Below are positions 61,779-64,000 of a stretch of DNA of 64,000 nt, one piece after another. How positions within the stretch are numbered: the first letter of the stretch is position 1; every line of letters begins with the position of its first letter. Below the pieces are notes generated by a model. That model saw only the letters and a list, made by a program, of their open reading frames with translations. It searched no databases and was not told where the DNA came from. The stretch is from Escherichia coli (GTDB lineage: Bacteria > Pseudomonadota > Gammaproteobacteria > Enterobacterales > Enterobacteriaceae): NCBI RefSeq assembly GCF_001677475.2, contig NZ_CP015229.1. One strand, written 5' to 3'. The translations under genes and the position numbers were made by a program.

Positions 61779-62273
61779 TTAATTTGCGATTAACTGTTCG
61801 TTTATTTTGTCGATAATATTGATTGAGGGATCTGACGCTACGACGCGTAAATCCAGTATGACGCCAAGATTATTTAACTCATGAAATGCGTTAATATCAT
61901 CATCATCTAATGAAACCGCTTTGGTTAACTGTTTTTTACCGGGCCGCCAGGCCATGCCGCCAATATTCAGGGTGTCTATTTTTACCCCCTGGCGAACCAT
62001 CGCTAAGGCATCCTGTGGGCGAGTGAAAAGATAAAAAACGGTTTCGTCCTGATATTGCGGGTTGTGATAAACCGCGACGGCTTTTTCAATATTGACCACG
62101 TTAACCTTCATTCCCGGTGGCGCAGCCTGACGCAATAATGTCCGGCGCACTTCATCGTTATAAACTTCGTCATTGCAGATAATAATGCGCTGGGCGTTAG
62201 CCACTTTCGACCAGACGGTAGTGACCTGGCCGTGGATCAGGCGGTCATCAATGCGGGCGAGCGTAATGTTCAT
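61779..62273 (-). CDS. sorB: PTS mannose/sorbose-family EIIB component
   Basis: 164-aa ORF with IIB phospho-His motif RIDDRLIHGQV. Confidence 0.88.
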   Translation of the reverse strand: MNITLARIDDRLIHGQVTTVWSKVANAQRIIICNDEVYNDEVRRTLLRQAAPPGMKVNVVNIEKAVAVYHNPQYQDETVFYLFTRPQDALAMVRQGVKIDTLNIGGMAWRPGKKQLTKAVSLDDDDINAFHELNNLGVILDLRVVASDPSINIIDKINEQLIAN

Positions 62274-62680
62274 CAGAAATCCTCCTCTGCTGTTGCCACC
62301 TGTCTCCAGACGACGCAGGTTTGCTTTGCGATTTGCGTCAGGTGTTCACACAGTTCATCAACATTCATGCTGTCCTGGTTATCAACCAGTTCGAGCGCCA
62401 GCGGCAGAGAAAGGCCGCTGATTACCCGCAGACGAGGATTGCGCATCGCAAGCATCGCTGCCGCATTCCACGGGCTGCCGCACTGTAAATCCACGGCGAT
62501 TAGCCACTCGTCATGATTGTGAATGCTCACTAACTTCTCCAGCTTTGCCACAATGTCTCCGGCGTTCTCGCCGGGCACAAATTCAACGGCTTCAACATTG
62601 GCGTTGCCGTAAACCATCTGAACCGATTCCAGCATGGCGCAAGCTAATTTGCCGTGGGCACAAAAAATGGCGTTGACCAT
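62273..62680 (-). CDS. sorF: PTS mannose/sorbose-family EIIA component
   Basis: 135-aa ORF (MVNAIFCAHGKLA...); stop overlaps the sorB start. Confidence 0.86.
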   Translation of the reverse strand: MVNAIFCAHGKLACAMLESVQMVYGNANVEAVEFVPGENAGDIVAKLEKLVSIHNHDEWLIAVDLQCGSPWNAAAMLAMRNPRLRVISGLSLPLALELVDNQDSMNVDELCEHLTQIAKQTCVVWRQVATAEEDF

Positions 62681-62689
62681 AAAGCCTCC

Positions 62690-63496
62690 TTATCCGCGTG
62701 TTTTGCCGCCCGCAATGTTAGTGGTTACTCCGGTGATGTAGCTGGCGCGTTCAGACAGCAGATAACAAACAAAATCAGCGACTTCTGCTAATCTTCCGGC
62801 GCGCCCAATAGGAATGGCGTTTTTGGTATAGCCTTCACGCAGCTGCTCGACGGTGATATTGCGCGTCCACGCCAGCGCTTCTTCATATTCCGGCGTGCGC
62901 AGTCCTGTTTTTTCCAGAATCCCCGGCGCGATACCGACCACACGGATACCGTGCTTACCCAGCTCTTTCGACCAGGAACGAGTGAAGCTATTGAGCGCAG
63001 CTTTAGTGGCGGCGTAGCAGCTCTGGCCTTCTGAGCCTTCCAGCCCACTTTCTGAGGAAACATTCACAATCACGCCATCGTGTTGTTTGACCATCTGTCG
63101 CGCCACCGCCTGCGACATCAGAAAAACGCCTTTCTGGTTGATATTGACCATTTTTTCGAATGCAGCTTCGTTGAGTTCATACTGCCCGGCAGGCGCTTTC
63201 TCATCGACCAGCAGACGCGGGAAATTGACCCCGGCGTTATTGACCAGACCGTCGATGCGATCAAAACGCTGGATAATTTCCGCTACCGTATGATTTACCT
63301 CTTTGGCGCTGGAAATATCGGTCGGCCAAAACTGATAGCCTTTATGACCTTCATATTGTCCATCGCCACCGTGAATATCGACCATCTGTACATTCGCGCC
63401 TTGTGCTAATAATTCCTCTACAATCGCCAGACCAATACCGGATGCGCCGCCGGTGACGATAATGATTTTATCCTGCAAATTTAACCACGTTTGCAT
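62690..63496 (-). CDS. sorD: Sorbitol(glucitol)-6-phosphate 2-dehydrogenase (short-chain dehydrogenase/reductase)
   Basis: 268-aa ORF with TGGASGIG cofactor motif and YxxxK catalytic pair. Confidence 0.86.
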   Translation of the reverse strand: MQTWLNLQDKIIIVTGGASGIGLAIVEELLAQGANVQMVDIHGGDGQYEGHKGYQFWPTDISSAKEVNHTVAEIIQRFDRIDGLVNNAGVNFPRLLVDEKAPAGQYELNEAAFEKMVNINQKGVFLMSQAVARQMVKQHDGVIVNVSSESGLEGSEGQSCYAATKAALNSFTRSWSKELGKHGIRVVGIAPGILEKTGLRTPEYEEALAWTRNITVEQLREGYTKNAIPIGRAGRLAEVADFVCYLLSERASYITGVTTNIAGGKTRG

Positions 63497-63565
63497 AACA
63501 GACTCCTGATTTTAGATAATAGGGACCCGCCGTAATTTTTATTACGGTAAACATCGGGAAGATTT

Positions 63566-64000
63566 TTATTTCAGTAATAGTTCAGCTGTGCTGCTATTCG
63601 TTACCAGACAATTAATATATTTTCCACGCAGTGCACCAACAATTCCGCTGTATTTTTCTTCACTCATGGCAATGCCAATGGAATATCGTGCCTGCTTTAA
63701 TTTATTCATTTCGATAGAGAGTGTTTTTTCGCTCATATTCGTTTCAACCATTGCGCCGTGAATATCAAAAAAGCGCGAGCAAATATCGCCAGCAACCTGG
63801 CGGGCATTCAGGTCGTCACTCTCTTCACCACCATAAAACGCATGCCAGTTAGCGCCGTCGCGAATGGCCGGTGAGCCAATTCCCACCAGGGCGACATCCA
63901 GATTATCCCAGTAGGCAGAGATGGTTTTAAAGTGCTGAGACTGCATGATCCCATTACGAATTAATGGGTTATCCAGCAGAGCCGGAAAATCCGCGAGATG
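63566..64000 (-). CDS. sorC: SorC-family transcriptional regulator of the sor operon, C-terminal part only (5' end beyond the window)
   Basis: Reading frame stays open from 63566 to the window end (...HLADFPALLDNPLIRNGIMQSQHFKTISAYWDNLDVALVGIGSPA...); sugar-phosphate-binding domain of SorC/DeoR type. Confidence 0.75.
   Translation of the reverse strand, partial: HLADFPALLDNPLIRNGIMQSQHFKTISAYWDNLDVALVGIGSPAIRDGANWHAFYGGEESDDLNARQVAGDICSRFFDIHGAMVETNMSEKTLSIEMNKLKQARYSIGIAMSEEKYSGIVGALRGKYINCLVTNSSTAELLLK

Overview
This 64-kb window is a chromosomal segment of Escherichia coli (or a very close relative), syntenic with the K-12 ~90-91 min region but not K-12 itself. I found no convincing evidence of a previously undescribed system: nearly everything is core housekeeping, and there is no CRISPR array, IS element, integrase, prophage or defence-system signature. 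Gene order: the 3' part of an rrnB-type operon (partial 23S, 5S, T1/T2 terminators), murB-birA, coaA, the thrU-tyrU-glyT-thrT-tufB operon, secE-nusG, rplKAJL-rpoBC, the thiCEFSGH operon with its TPP riboswitch, rsd, nudC, hemE, nfi, yjaG, hupA, yjaH, zraP/zraSR, purHD, a complete rrnE-type operon (16S, tRNA-Glu, 23S, 5S), yjaB, metA, aceBAK, arpA, iclR, metH, yjbB, pepE, and an L-sorbose PTS/catabolic operon (sorCDFBAME, sorC cut by the window end). The strain-variable content is the sor operon, the AT-rich ankyrin-repeat gene arpA, and the apparent absence of two K-12 genes (htrC/yjaZ after rpoC; yjaA after rrfE). CDS coordinates include the stop codon. The ORF track uses ATG/GTG/TTG maximal ORFs, so several starts were moved inward to the start supported by Shine-Dalgarno context and recalled protein N-termini. 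RNA genes and regulatory sites were placed by eye and may be off by a few nt. Comparisons with K-12 are from memory, not from an alignment.
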